NCBI GenBank assembly: GCA_043813805.1
Contig: JBDRKR010000010.1
Coordinates: 16,696 to 80,695 of the forward strand
Direction of reading: 5' to 3'
Source of the DNA: Candidatus Nealsonbacteria bacterium
GTDB lineage: Bacteria; Patescibacteriota; Minisyncoccia; Minisyncoccales; MHMH01
Length of the DNA stretch: 64,000 nt
The translations under genes were made by a program, and so were the position numbers. Shown in pieces: positions 1-9,650 of this stretch (position 1 is the stretch's first letter; each line of letters opens with the position of its first letter). The notes beneath the pieces were generated by a model. The model saw nothing but the letters and a program-made list of their open reading frames with translations, searched no databases and was not told where the DNA came from.

Positions 1-60
1 ATCGCGGGCGCTAAGATCCGCTGTGCATTTTTTTACGGCCATTTTTTCTCCTCCAGCTTT

Positions 61-1572
61 TTATTTTTTCGTGGCTAAAAACCGGTTCAGGGCGTTGATG
101 TAGGCTTTGGCGCTGGCGACAATAATATCTGTATCCATGCCGCGGCCTGTGTAAAAAACGCCGTTGCTTTCTATCTTGATTAAGACTTCGCCGATCGCGT
201 CAATGCCTTCAGTGATTGACTTCACCGTAAATTCAGTCAAAAGGTTGGGAATGTTCAGCGTCGTATTAATCGCCTTATACACTGCGTCCACCGGACCCGT
301 ACCAAGGGCTGATCCTTCCAGAATTTTTCCGTCAGGCCCGATGATTCTGATGCCGGCCATGGGAATGCCCCGGTCGCCGCACGACACCTGAAGCCGGTCA
401 AGATGATATATTTCAGAAACAATCGCTTGTTTCTGGATCACCAGCGATAAGATATCGGCGTCGGTAATCTCTTTCTTTTTGTCCGCCAATTTTTTAAAAT
501 CGGCGAAAAGCGATTCTAAAAGAGTTTCATTCAGATGATAACCCAGTTCAATCAGGCGTTCTCTAAAGGCGTGGCGGCCGCTCGTTTTCCCCAGGACCAT
601 ATCGCTGGAAGGGGCGCCGACAGATGACGGTTTGATTATTTGGAAAGTTTCCTCGTTCTTCAGCATGCCGTCAACGTGCAGGCCCGATGAGTGGCGGAAA
701 GCGTTAGCGCCGATAATCGCCTTGTTGGATTGGACCGCAAAACCGGTCAAATAACTTACCAAGCGGCTCGTTCCGTAAAACTGGGTGGTGTTGATGCCGG
801 TTGCTAAGCCAAAATAATCCTGCCGCGTTTTAATTGCCATCACTATCTCTTCCAGAGCGGCATTGCCGGCTCTTTCTCCGATGCCGTTAATCGTTCCTTC
901 CACTTGCCGGGCACCGTATTTGATGCCCGCCAAGCTGTTGGCGACAGCCAGTCCCAAGTCGTCGTGACAATGGACGCTGACCACAGTATCGCCAAGATTG
1001 AGCACGTTTTGGAAAACCTCCTCAATCAGCTTGCCGAACTGTTCGGGCATGGCCCAGCCCACGGTGTCGGGGATATTTACGGTGGTCGCTCCGGCATCAA
1101 TAACCGCTTTAAGCAACTGATAGACATAATATTTGTCGGTGCGGCTGGCATCCATCGCCGAAAATTCAATATTAGCGCAATATTTTTTGGCATGGGCCAC
1201 TGCTTCTGTTGCCATTTGGAGGATTTCTCCCCGGCTTTTTTTCAACTGATAAAACAGATGGATGTCCGAAGATGAAATCACGATATGGATGCGCGGATTC
1301 GCCGCTTTTTTGACGGCTTCCCAGCTTTCGTCGATCGCTTTGAAATTAGCGTGCGTCAGCACGCAGATTGACGGCAGCCGCACCTTTTGAGCAATCATTC
1401 TGACGGCTTCAAAATCGCCGGGCGAAGTAACCGGAAAGCCCGCCTCAATTACGTCAACTTGCAGTTTTTCCAGTTGCCGGGCGATTTCTAATTTTTCCTG
1501 GACGTTGAGCGAGCCGCCGGCCGCCTGTTCGCCGTCTCTGAGAGTCGTGTCGAAAATAATCACTTTTTCCAA
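61..1572 (-). CDS. leuA: 2-isopropylmalate synthase (LeuA/CimA family; DRE-TIM core plus C-terminal LeuA dimerisation-type domain). Apparent TTG start preceded by AGGAGG.
   Basis: N-terminus [16 protein letters not shown] is the canonical LeuA/HMGL-like signature. The 503 aa length fits LeuA. The reverse complement of 1586-1591 is AGGAGG. Confidence 0.8.
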   Translation of the reverse strand: MEKVIIFDTTLRDGEQAAGGSLNVQEKLEIARQLEKLQVDVIEAGFPVTSPGDFEAVRMIAQKVRLPSICVLTHANFKAIDESWEAVKKAANPRIHIVISSSDIHLFYQLKKSRGEILQMATEAVAHAKKYCANIEFSAMDASRTDKYYVYQLLKAVIDAGATTVNIPDTVGWAMPEQFGKLIEEVFQNVLNLGDTVVSVHCHDDLGLAVANSLAGIKYGARQVEGTINGIGERAGNAALEEIVMAIKTRQDYFGLATGINTTQFYGTSRLVSYLTGFAVQSNKAIIGANAFRHSSGLHVDGMLKNEETFQIIKPSSVGAPSSDMVLGKTSGRHAFRERLIELGYHLNETLLESLFADFKKLADKKKEITDADILSLVIQKQAIVSEIYHLDRLQVSCGDRGIPMAGIRIIGPDGKILEGSALGTGPVDAVYKAINTTLNIPNLLTEFTVKSITEGIDAIGEVLIKIESNGVFYTGRGMDTDIIVASAKAYINALNRFLATKK

Positions 1573-1649
1573 ATCAGTTTTTTACCTCCTTATTCTGTTT
1601 TCAAGTTGCTTTGAGATAGCTCATTTTATCAGATTAAAAATAAAAATCA

Positions 1650-1682
1650 ATAAAACAAAAAGCCCCTCGCTAAGCGGGGGAC
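1650..1682 (-). terminator. Intrinsic terminator between the SWIB gene and leuA (minus strand)
   Basis: GC hairpin cccctcgc-taa-gcggggg, flanked by an A-run on the + strand, which reads as a T-run on the - strand. Confidence 0.5.
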
Positions 1683-1715
1683 TGTTTGTTTGAAGCATTC
1701 GAGCTCGAATACTTA

Positions 1716-1970
1716 CTAAGAAAGATGCTTAGAAACCAACTTCGTCATCTCGAACATGTTAACAACGCCCTTTCCGCTGAAAACCTTCTTCAGGTTAGCA
1801 TCGGCGTTGATATTCCTTTTGTTCTTCTTGTCCTGAAGGTCGTTCTTCTTGATGTAAATCCAAAGTTTTTTGACAACTTCGGATCTCGGCATCGGACCTT
1901 TGCCGACGACAGCAGCTAAATCTTCGCTGACCTTCATCGGTTTCATGAACGCGGAATTTGATTTTGCCAT
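1716..1970 (-). CDS. SWIB/MDM2 domain protein
   Basis: The 84 aa protein contains LWIYIKKNDLQDKKNKRNINADANLKKVFSGK and MFEMTKLVSKHL, which is the typical bacterial SWIB domain consensus. Confidence 0.75.
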   Translation of the reverse strand: MAKSNSAFMKPMKVSEDLAAVVGKGPMPRSEVVKKLWIYIKKNDLQDKKNKRNINADANLKKVFSGKGVVNMFEMTKLVSKHLS

Positions 1971-2101
1971 TGTTTTTTTAAATTATTAATTAACGCGACC
2001 TTTTTTAAGACTATACGACAAACTTCGTTCTTTAGTAAAGCATACTATACCCTGAGAACTTTGACAAGCCGTACCCGGTATGGGAAAATGGAAATACACA
2101 T

Positions 2102-3079
2102 ATGAAAAACACCACTACCAAACATAATACGCCAAGAGATGTCTTTTTGCACCTCTTGAACATCCTTACTTTTTATTTAAGCGTCATCGGTTTTATTACG
2201 CTTTACATCCAGTATATCTCGACTCTTTTCCCGGACCCTCTCAATTTTTATTATACGGCAATAGCTAATGCGGTCAGGGTTTCGACTTCGATGTTTGTCG
2301 TGGCCGTGCCGGTTTTTATTCTGACTTCCTGGCTTTTGGCAAAAGACCTTAAGATCAATCCCGAGAAGCGGGAGGGGAGACTGCGCAAATGGCTAATTTA
2401 TTTAACGCTTTTCATCTCGGCAGTCACCATCATCGTCAACCTGATCATCTTCGTTTATAACTTTTTAAGCGGGGAACTGACGATCCAGTTCTTTTTGAAG
2501 ATTCTGGACGTGCTCTTGGTGGCCTTGGCGGTATTCGGCTATTATATCTGGGAACTGAGAAGAAAGGATGCGAGCACTTCTAAAATACCGAAAATTCTCG
2601 CTTGGGCGCTTTCCTTTGTCGTTGTTGCAAGCATCGTTGCCGGGTTTTTCATTATCGGTACGCCCGGAGAACAGAGAGCGAGGCGTTTTGACGAACAAAG
2701 AGTGGGCGACCTCCAGTCGTTGCAGGGTCAGATCGTCAATTATTGGATTCAGAAAGAGGCCTTGCCTTCGGGTCTTAATCTTCTTGAAGACAGCATTTCC
2801 GGATTTTTCGTGTCCAAAGACCCCGAATCCCAAGCTTCCTACGAATATAATATCTTGAGTCCGCTTTCTTTCGAATTGTGCGCCGAGTTTAAAACCTCAG
2901 TTAAGGATTTTAATGTCGCCTACAAGGGTTCAAGAGTTTTCTATTCAGAGCCCATGTATTACGGCTCATCCTTCCAGCAGAATTGGGATCACGCTGCTGA
3001 AAGAACGTGCTTCGAAAGGACCATCGATCCGGAACTCTACAAACCCAAGCAAATCCCCACAGCGATTCCTACAATATAG
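2102..3079 (+). CDS. Hypothetical polytopic membrane protein (DUF5671-like)
   Basis: Multiple hydrophobic helices in the N-terminal half and a soluble C-terminal half. No catalytic motif recognised. Confidence 0.55.
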   Translation: MKNTTTKHNTPRDVFLHLLNILTFYLSVIGFITLYIQYISTLFPDPLNFYYTAIANAVRVSTSMFVVAVPVFILTSWLLAKDLKINPEKREGRLRKWLIYLTLFISAVTIIVNLIIFVYNFLSGELTIQFFLKILDVLLVALAVFGYYIWELRRKDASTSKIPKILAWALSFVVVASIVAGFFIIGTPGEQRARRFDEQRVGDLQSLQGQIVNYWIQKEALPSGLNLLEDSISGFFVSKDPESQASYEYNILSPLSFELCAEFKTSVKDFNVAYKGSRVFYSEPMYYGSSFQQNWDHAAERTCFERTIDPELYKPKQIPTAIPTI

Positions 3080-3100
3080 CTTACAATAATACTGCAGCTA

Positions 3101-3130
3101 AAATGAAAGAGGTTAAACCTCTTTCATTTT
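3101..3130. repeat. Copy 1 of a 30-bp dispersed palindromic repeat (AAATGAAAGAGGTTAAACCTCTTTCATTTT), terminator-like
   Basis: Perfect inverted repeat with a 5-nt loop, followed by a T-run. Similar copies occur at 9541, 10976, 19507, 23815 and 43655. Confidence 0.8.
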
Positions 3131-3197
3131 TGTTACTTGCTTTTTTAGGGAATAGGCGTATGATGAAAGCAGAGGTTAACTTTTGGGAGCACGTATT

Positions 3198-3416
3198 ATG
3201 ACCAAAAAACAGCAATTTTTATCAGAACACAACCGATTGGCCTCTTTCGACATGCAAGCGACAGCTTCCATGCTGACTCTTTTTAAAACAGAAAAACCGG
3301 CTATTTTTAAAGACAATAACTGGTCCACAGAAAAACTGCGCAGGCCTTTCATTTTCTGGATGACATCCTTGACTCCCAAAGAAAAAGAAGATTTTATCAG
3401 GGCCGAGAAAGCGTAA
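3198..3416 (+). CDS. Hypothetical small protein (72 aa)
   Basis: ATG preceded by GGGAG. Upstream is TTGCTT-N16-TATGAT. Downstream is the hairpin gcccc-gtga-agggg plus a T-run at 3443-3470. This is preferred over the overlapping minus-strand ORF 3176-3421. Confidence 0.4.
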   Translation: MTKKQQFLSEHNRLASFDMQATASMLTLFKTEKPAIFKDNNWSTEKLRRPFIFWMTSLTPKEKEDFIRAEKA

Positions 3417-3503
3417 TTCATTAATTTAATATTTTCAAACAGTCAGCCCCGTGAAGGGGTTTTGTTGTTTACGAAATCAAATCGAACGTGTAAGATATAT
3501 ATT

Positions 3504-6161
3504 ATGATGAAAAAAACCCAAAAGTTTATTTATTATTTCGGAGGCAAAAAAGCCGAAGGTTCCAAAGACATGAAGGATTTGCTGGGCGGCAAAGGAGCTA
3601 ATTTGGCGGAGATGATTAATTTGGGCATTCCGGTTCCGCCCGGGTTTACCGTCACCACAAAAGTCTGCAATTATTCTTATCAATATAAGGGCAAATTGCC
3701 TCAGGGATTCGATGTTCAGTTCAAAAAGACGGTCGAGAGATTGGAGAAAGAAGCCGGCAAAAAACTGGGCGATGCCAAAGATCCTTTATTGGTGTCGATC
3801 AGAAGCGGTTCGAAGTTTTCCATGCCCGGCATGATGGATACGATTTTAAACCTGGGGTTAAACGACGAAATCGTCGAGGGTCTGGCTGTAAAAACAAAAA
3901 ATCCGAGATTCGCCTTCGACGCTTACCGGAGGTTCATTCAAATGTTCGGCAATATCGTTTTGGCCGTACCCAAAGAAGAATTCGAGCATATTTTAACCAA
4001 GAGCAAGGAGGCGCTGGGCGTTAAGTTTGATACCGAGATTCGCGAAGAAGGTTTAAAAAATATCATCGCTCAATACAAAGCTTTAATTAAGCGCAAAACC
4101 AATTCTGAAATTCCTCAAGATGTTTTGTGTCAATTGGTTATGGCTCGCGACGCTGTTTTTAAGAGCTGGGGCAATCCGCGGGCTGTTACTTACCGCAGAT
4201 TAAATAAGATTTCCGAGAGCTTGGGCACGGCCGTTAATGTTCAGGTAATGGTTTTTGGCAATACGGGTGATACCGGCGCCACGGGGGTCGGATTTACGCG
4301 CGATCCTTCAACCGGCGAGAAGAAATTTTACGGCGAGTATCTGACCAATGCCCAAGGCGAGGATGTTGTAGCCGGCATTCGCACTCCAAAACAGATTACC
4401 AATTTGGCTCAAGAAATGCCCGCTATTTTCAAGCAGCTTTTGACCGCTACGACTCGTTTGGAAAAACACTATCGCGATATCCAGGATTTTGAATTTACCA
4501 TTGAAAATGGAAAGCTGTTTTTATTGCAGACGAGAACCGGCAAAAGGACCGCGGCCGCCGCCGTCAAAATCGCCGTTGATATGGTGAAAGAAAAATTGAT
4601 TACTAAAGAAGAGGCTTTGATGCGCATCGATCCCGATCAAATCAATCAATTATTGCATCCTATTATTGATCCTAAGGCAAAAGTTAATGTTATCGCCAAA
4701 GGTCTGCCGGCTTCTCCCGGAGCGGCTTCGGGCAAGGTTGTTTTTACGGCCGATAAAGCGGTGCAACTGGCTGATGAAAAATTAATTTTAGTCCGCACGG
4801 AAACCTGTCCCGACGATATTCACGGCATGGATGCGGCCCAGGGTATTTTAACGGCCCGGGGCGGCATGACGAGTCACGCCGCGGTCGTGGCTCGCGGCAT
4901 GGGCAAGTGCTGCATCGCCGGCTGCGAAGAAATAAAAATTAATGAAGCAAAAGGAGAGTTCCGTGTCGGAAATATTATTGTCAAAGAAGGGGATGTAATA
5001 ACCTTGGACGGCAGCACGGGTCGGGTGATTTTAGGAAAAGTGCCGACCATCGATTCGGCGTTAAGTTCAGAATTCAATTATCTGATGGACATTGTCGATA
5101 AAACCAAGAAATTGGGAGTCAGAGCCAACGCCGATATTCCCAGGGACGCCAAAACCGCCAGGAAGTTCGGAGCTCAAGGCATTGGGCTCTGCCGCACCGA
5201 ACACATGTTTTTTGACGAAGCTCGCCTGCCGATAATGCAAAAAATGATTTTATCGGAAGACGAAGCTTCGCGAAGAAAAGCTTTGCAGGAATTGCTGCCT
5301 TTCCAGAAAGAGGATTTTAAGGGCCTGTTCAGCGAAATGGAAGGGCATGCCGTAACAATCAGAATGATTGATCCGCCGTTGCACGAATTTTTGCCGAAAA
5401 ATGAAATTGAGGCGCAAAAGCTTTCCGAAAAAATCGGCATACCTGCGGCCAAGATTTTAGCCAAGTCAGACGAGCTCCATGAAGTAAATCCTATGCTCGG
5501 GCACCGGGGCTGCCGTTTGGGAATCACTTATCCCGAAATCACGGAAATGCAGACAAGGGCTATTATTTCTGCCGCCTGCGAATTGTACAAAGAAAAAAAG
5601 ATCAGGGTTGTCCCTGAAATCATGATTCCCTTGGTGGGCGATGTAGCTGAATTTAGAAATCAAAAAGAAATCGTCGACAGGGTGGCTATGGAGGTCATGA
5701 AACAATACGGAGCCAAAATAATTTATACCGTGGGCACGATGATTGAGGTTCCCAGGGCGGCCATTACCGCCGATAAGATTGCCAAAGAAGCCGAATTCTT
5801 TTCTTTCGGCACAAACGACCTGACTCAAATGGGCATGGGATTTTCGCGGGATGATGCCGCCAAATTCACTAAAGTATATCTGGAAAAGAAGATTCTTAAA
5901 GCCGATCCGTTCCAAACCTTAGATCAAGAGGGTATTGGGCAACTTATAATTTTGGGGATTAAAAAGGGCAGATCTGTGAAAAAGAATCTGAAAATAGGCA
6001 TTTGCGGAGAGCACGGCGGCGATCCGGAAAGCGTCAAATTCTGTCATAGAGCCGGCATGGATTATGTCAGCTGTTCGCCCTACCGGGTTTCTATTGCGAA
6101 ATTTGCCGCCGCTCAAGCGGTCATCGAAGATAAGCTGAAAATCGAATATACTTCCAAATAG
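3504..6161 (+). CDS. ppdK: Pyruvate, phosphate dikinase
   Basis: GGKGANLAEM ATP-grasp motif, central phospho-His domain (GGMTSHAAVVARG) and C-terminal PEP-utilising TIM barrel. Start moved to the internal ATG at 3504, which fits the PPDK N-terminus. Confidence 0.93.
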   Translation: MMKKTQKFIYYFGGKKAEGSKDMKDLLGGKGANLAEMINLGIPVPPGFTVTTKVCNYSYQYKGKLPQGFDVQFKKTVERLEKEAGKKLGDAKDPLLVSIRSGSKFSMPGMMDTILNLGLNDEIVEGLAVKTKNPRFAFDAYRRFIQMFGNIVLAVPKEEFEHILTKSKEALGVKFDTEIREEGLKNIIAQYKALIKRKTNSEIPQDVLCQLVMARDAVFKSWGNPRAVTYRRLNKISESLGTAVNVQVMVFGNTGDTGATGVGFTRDPSTGEKKFYGEYLTNAQGEDVVAGIRTPKQITNLAQEMPAIFKQLLTATTRLEKHYRDIQDFEFTIENGKLFLLQTRTGKRTAAAAVKIAVDMVKEKLITKEEALMRIDPDQINQLLHPIIDPKAKVNVIAKGLPASPGAASGKVVFTADKAVQLADEKLILVRTETCPDDIHGMDAAQGILTARGGMTSHAAVVARGMGKCCIAGCEEIKINEAKGEFRVGNIIVKEGDVITLDGSTGRVILGKVPTIDSALSSEFNYLMDIVDKTKKLGVRANADIPRDAKTARKFGAQGIGLCRTEHMFFDEARLPIMQKMILSEDEASRRKALQELLPFQKEDFKGLFSEMEGHAVTIRMIDPPLHEFLPKNEIEAQKLSEKIGIPAAKILAKSDELHEVNPMLGHRGCRLGITYPEITEMQTRAIISAACELYKEKKIRVVPEIMIPLVGDVAEFRNQKEIVDRVAMEVMKQYGAKIIYTVGTMIEVPRAAITADKIAKEAEFFSFGTNDLTQMGMGFSRDDAAKFTKVYLEKKILKADPFQTLDQEGIGQLIILGIKKGRSVKKNLKIGICGEHGGDPESVKFCHRAGMDYVSCSPYRVSIAKFAAAQAVIEDKLKIEYTSK

Positions 6162-6172
6162 CAGACAAACAA

Positions 6173-6205
6173 ATCCCGCCGGGAAATCCGGCGGGGTTTT
6201 GTTTT
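6173..6205 (+). terminator. Intrinsic terminator after ppdK, immediately followed by the TTGACA of the next promoter
   Basis: cccgccgg-gaaat-ccggcggg hairpin plus a T-run. This GTTTTGACAAA arrangement recurs after many genes. Confidence 0.7.
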
Positions 6206-6286
6206 GACAAAATGTTTCAAAAATGGCAAACTGACATGGCGTAAAAGTATTGATCTTTCACATTTTTATATAGAGGAGGTGCCGGA

Positions 6287-6742
6287 ATGGCAGCTGAACA
6301 GGAAGTTGTCGTCATTGATTTAGACGGAACCATTACTCGGCATGGTTTTTTCAACCTTAATATACCTCTGCCCTGGTGGTCGTGGTTTTTTTTAAGCCCC
6401 TTTTTTTTGGTTGTTTATGTTTTGGCATCAAAGCCCAAAAAAGGAATAGCAGAAAAAATGCGGGCAATGAAGAAACGAGGTTGTCGGTTTGTAATTTTAA
6501 CGCGCCGGCCACATCAGTTCTTTTGTTTCTGGATTACTAAACGATTGCTGTTATTCCATCGCATACCATTCGATAATCTTTTCTGCGTCGGGTTTGGCAG
6601 GGGAGCAAATGAACGGAAGCTGAAAATTATTAAAGAAATAAAGGCAAAGGCGTTTGTTGACAGCGACAAGCACATGGTCGAGTTTATGCAAAAAAACTCG
6701 GTTAATGCGGTAATAAGTCTCGAATATCTCGATTATAATTAA
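6287..6742 (+). CDS. HAD-like hydrolase (small, with a hydrophobic insert)
   Basis: VVIDLDGTIT matches the DxDGT motif I. ILTRRP and FVDSD resemble motifs II and IV. AGGAGG RBS is present. Confidence 0.45.
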   Translation: MAAEQEVVVIDLDGTITRHGFFNLNIPLPWWSWFFLSPFFLVVYVLASKPKKGIAEKMRAMKKRGCRFVILTRRPHQFFCFWITKRLLLFHRIPFDNLFCVGFGRGANERKLKIIKEIKAKAFVDSDKHMVEFMQKNSVNAVISLEYLDYN

Positions 6743-6811
6743 GAAAACCCCGTTCGTTAGCTCGGACGGGGTTTTACAATAGGATTTTATTACTGTAGAA
6801 TTTAAAAATAT

Positions 6812-7174
6812 ATGATTTTCTTCACATATTTCAAAAACCTGTTAAATAGCTTCAAGTTCGCCTTTTCGGGCATGAAATTAATCATTAAAGAAGAGTATGC
6901 TTTCAGGGTCATGCTTTTAGCGGCGGTTCTGGTGATTGTCGGCATGTTTTATTTTAATCTGCCCGTGATGCAAAAGGCGGTTTTGTTCATCATGATTTTC
7001 TTAGTCCTGATTTTAGAGCTGATTAATTCGGTCGTTGAAGAAGTTTTGGATTTTATTCATCCTGGATTCAACGGAAAAGTAAAAATCATCAAAGATATGC
7101 TGGCGGGCATGGTGTTGCTCGCTTCTTTAGGCGCGGCCATAATTGGCCTGTTAATCTTCCTGCCGTATTTTTAA
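6812..7174 (+). CDS. dgkA: Diacylglycerol kinase / undecaprenol kinase family (DgkA)
   Basis: The 120 aa three-TM protein carries an ELINSVVEEVLD motif, which is typical of prokaryotic DAGK. Confidence 0.7.
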   Translation: MIFFTYFKNLLNSFKFAFSGMKLIIKEEYAFRVMLLAAVLVIVGMFYFNLPVMQKAVLFIMIFLVLILELINSVVEEVLDFIHPGFNGKVKIIKDMLAGMVLLASLGAAIIGLLIFLPYF

Positions 7175-7251
7175 CAGCTTGACTTTTCGGGAAAATTGAT
7201 TAAGATAATCTATAGCTCTTTGGACAAAATAGCGTAAGAGGAGGGCAGATA

Positions 7252-7749
7252 ATGACTCTATGGAATGTTTCTCTCAAACAGCGGCAAGTGTTCATCAAGG
7301 TGAAAGAGGTTCTTCAAAAAGGGCAGGGATTTAAGATTATTGTTGACAACCGGGGAAAACAGCATCGGCTTTCCGAAGTCGATTTCCCTTCTTTCTATTG
7401 GAAGGAAATCGTCGTAGGCTCAACGATTACCTTAACCGTTTCAGAGGTTGTGACGCGTTGGCAAGTCCAGTCGCCGAAGATCGAAAAAAGCATCAAAAAG
7501 TTTATCGCTGAAGCGCAAAAAAAGAATTCAGGTCTTTTTTTTCTTTGGATTTGCGAGCACTGCAGAACGACCGGCTGCGTTGAATATGAGGACGGAGACG
7601 ATTCTCAGATAATCGCCGGACATATCATTTCGGCTCATCGGAAAGAAGCCAAACCGGATTGTTCGCAAGAGGCTATCCGTATCTTTGATCACCGGGGTGA
7701 AGAACAGAAAAATTCCGAGCTGTTGTTATCCTGTTGTAAGGTAGCGTAG
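7252..7749 (+). CDS. Hypothetical protein
   Basis: ORF with AGGAGGG RBS and an upstream TTGACT-N16-TAAGAT promoter. Confidence 0.5.
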   Translation: MTLWNVSLKQRQVFIKVKEVLQKGQGFKIIVDNRGKQHRLSEVDFPSFYWKEIVVGSTITLTVSEVVTRWQVQSPKIEKSIKKFIAEAQKKNSGLFFLWICEHCRTTGCVEYEDGDDSQIIAGHIISAHRKEAKPDCSQEAIRIFDHRGEEQKNSELLLSCCKVA

Positions 7750-7862
7750 TTAAAGAAAAGGTCCCAGCCAAATTGCCGGGACCTTTTTGTTTTGACAAAA
7801 CATCTCAAAAAGAGGATAATTAAAAAAGAAAGGCATTATTAATAATTAACCGTTTAAAAAAT

Positions 7863-8636
7863 ATGATGGGTGCAATTTACGTAGTTTTAATCATAGTCTT
7901 ATTTATCATTTTAATTTCCATCAAGCAGATTACCCAATATCAAAGAGGGTTGAGATTTACTTTCGGCCGATTCTCGGGGCTGATGAATCCCGGATGGCGG
8001 CTCGTCTGGCCGATCATCCAGTTTTACAAGAAAGTGGATTTAAGGGTGAAAGCCGTGGACGTGCCTAACCAGGAAGCCATTACCAAAGACAATATTTCGG
8101 TTTCGGTCAATGCCGTGATTTATTATCGGATTAAGGAGGCCGATAAGGCGGTTTTGGAAGTGGAGGACTTTTTCTACGCCATTTCGCAATTGGCCCAAAC
8201 AACCATGAGAAATGCCGTGGGCCAAGTGGACTTGGACGAGCTGCTTTCCGCCAGAGACAGGGTTTCAGAAAATATCAGAGCCATTATCGACAAAGCCAGC
8301 GATCCGTGGGGGATTGCGGTAATTAACGTGGAGCTCAAAGACATCACTTTGCCCGAAGAAATGAAACGCGTCATCGGCAAGCAGGCCGAAGCCGAAAGAG
8401 AAAAAAGAGCCATTATCATCAAGGCCGAAGGCGAAGTGATTGCCGCCGCCAACATGGCTAAGGCCGCCAATACCTTGTCGGAGTCCAGTGGCGCTCTCCA
8501 TTTGCGGACATTGCAGTCAATCAATGACATCAGCTCGGACCAGTCAAACACCATTGTTTTTGCCGTTCCATTGGAAATTCTCAGGGCCTTTGAAGGATTC
8601 GGTAAAAAATCGCTTAAAGACGAAGAGAAGAAATAA
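7863..8636 (+). CDS. SPFH / band-7 (stomatin-prohibitin-like) membrane protein
   Basis: N-terminal TM helix, then a slipin-like core (YQRGL..FG.F, PGW.LV.P) and a C-terminal coiled coil rich in AEAEREK. Confidence 0.85.
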   Translation: MMGAIYVVLIIVLFIILISIKQITQYQRGLRFTFGRFSGLMNPGWRLVWPIIQFYKKVDLRVKAVDVPNQEAITKDNISVSVNAVIYYRIKEADKAVLEVEDFFYAISQLAQTTMRNAVGQVDLDELLSARDRVSENIRAIIDKASDPWGIAVINVELKDITLPEEMKRVIGKQAEAEREKRAIIIKAEGEVIAAANMAKAANTLSESSGALHLRTLQSINDISSDQSNTIVFAVPLEILRAFEGFGKKSLKDEEKK

Positions 8637-8703
8637 ATACGAATCTGAAAGGAAAAACTCCGGGTTTTCACTCGGAGTTTTTTTGTTACTTAAGAGGGCG
8701 TTT

Positions 8704-9006
8704 TTAAGCGGGTACGGTATTCAGAATGGGAGCAGGGTTTACAACTTCTTTTGGATTTTCGGCCTGAATCGGTTTTTGTTCGAGCTCGAAACGGATTCTC
8801 GTATCAAGGCAATGATCGGATTGGACGGGAGCAGCGTTGTTTATGGTTGCTTTTTGCCAGTTTCTGGGTGCCGGGGTGGTGCGGCTGAAAAGAATGACTT
8901 CTTCCATTAGCTGTCCGCCGCATTCGCACGTTATCCTGCGGCAATTCATCGGATAGATGTTTCCGCAGTTTTCCTGACAGGCGAGTCCGTGAAGATAGTG
9001 TTGCAA
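8704..9006 (-). CDS. Hypothetical Cys-rich protein (TTG start)
   Basis: AAAAGGAGGG lies 9 nt upstream on the minus strand. The gene is convergent with the SPFH gene and shares the bidirectional hairpin at 8652-8690. The N-terminus has a CxxxC..CxC..C pattern. Confidence 0.45.
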   Translation of the reverse strand: MQHYLHGLACQENCGNIYPMNCRRITCECGGQLMEEVILFSRTTPAPRNWQKATINNAAPVQSDHCLDTRIRFELEQKPIQAENPKEVVNPAPILNTVPA

Positions 9007-9136
9007 TTTGCCCTCCTTTTTCTATTTTTACCGTTTCAATGTGCTACATGAGCTTAAGTATATTTCAGGCAGGGTAAATGTCAACCCCTGCGGATAAATG
9101 GACAAAATGTCCAAAAAAGAGGATAATTAAAACAGC

Positions 9137-9496
9137 ATGCAAAGCGATAGCGATTTCGAAAAATTAGTCAAAGAAGCCTTATCGGCTCTGCCCAAGCGTA
9201 TCCTGGAAAGAATGGACAACGTGGCTATTGTCATTGAAAAAAGGCCCACAAGGAGCCAGTTTCTCGGTCTTTATCAGGGAGTTCCTCAAAATGCTTGGGG
9301 CAGATCCTTCGGAATGAGATTGCCCGATAAGATCACCATTTTTCAGGAATCTTTGGAAAGAGCAGCCTCTTCTGAAAAAGAATTAAAAGAAATCGTCAGA
9401 GACACTGTTTGGCACGAAATTGCCCATCACTTCGGTTTTGATGAGAGAAAAGTCAGGGAACTCGAAGCCAAATGGCGCAAAAAGAGAATAAAATAA
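9137..9496 (+). CDS. Zincin-like metallopeptidase (DUF1025-type, HEIAHHFGF motif)
   Basis: HExxH-type motif WHEIAHHFGF near the C-terminus. Promoter TGGACA-N17-GATAAT ends about 9 nt before the ATG. Confidence 0.65.
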   Translation: MQSDSDFEKLVKEALSALPKRILERMDNVAIVIEKRPTRSQFLGLYQGVPQNAWGRSFGMRLPDKITIFQESLERAASSEKELKEIVRDTVWHEIAHHFGFDERKVRELEAKWRKKRIK

Positions 9497-9540
9497 AAGA
9501 CCGTCTCTCGCTGGGCGGTTTTTTGTTTTGACAAAGGTTT

Positions 9541-9570
9541 AAATGAAAGAGGGTAAACCTCTTTCATTTT
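9541..9570. repeat. Copy 2 of the 30-bp palindromic repeat
   Basis: AAATGAAAGAGGGTAAACCTCTTTCATTTT. Confidence 0.8.
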
Positions 9571-9650
9571 AAGAGTTGACGGCGGATGTGCTTGACCGCC
9601 TCAGGCGATTTATGTAAGGTAAATTAGCTATTTAAAAAGGAGGTGTTGTT

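Noticed and set aside
4874-6116. Several minus-strand ORFs (67-149 aa) inside ppdK, and similar antisense ORFs inside ppsA (58330-59886), hydA and ftsZ
   Set aside because: They lie fully within well-supported long genes on the opposite strand and have no RBS or promoter. They are typical antisense artefacts.
8440-8910. + strand 156-aa ORF overlapping the 3' end of the SPFH gene and the intergenic terminator
   Set aside because: It runs through a clear terminator hairpin. It lacks an RBS and is low-complexity (S/R/P-rich). The convergent minus-strand Cys-rich ORF 8704-9006, which has an SD, explains the region better.
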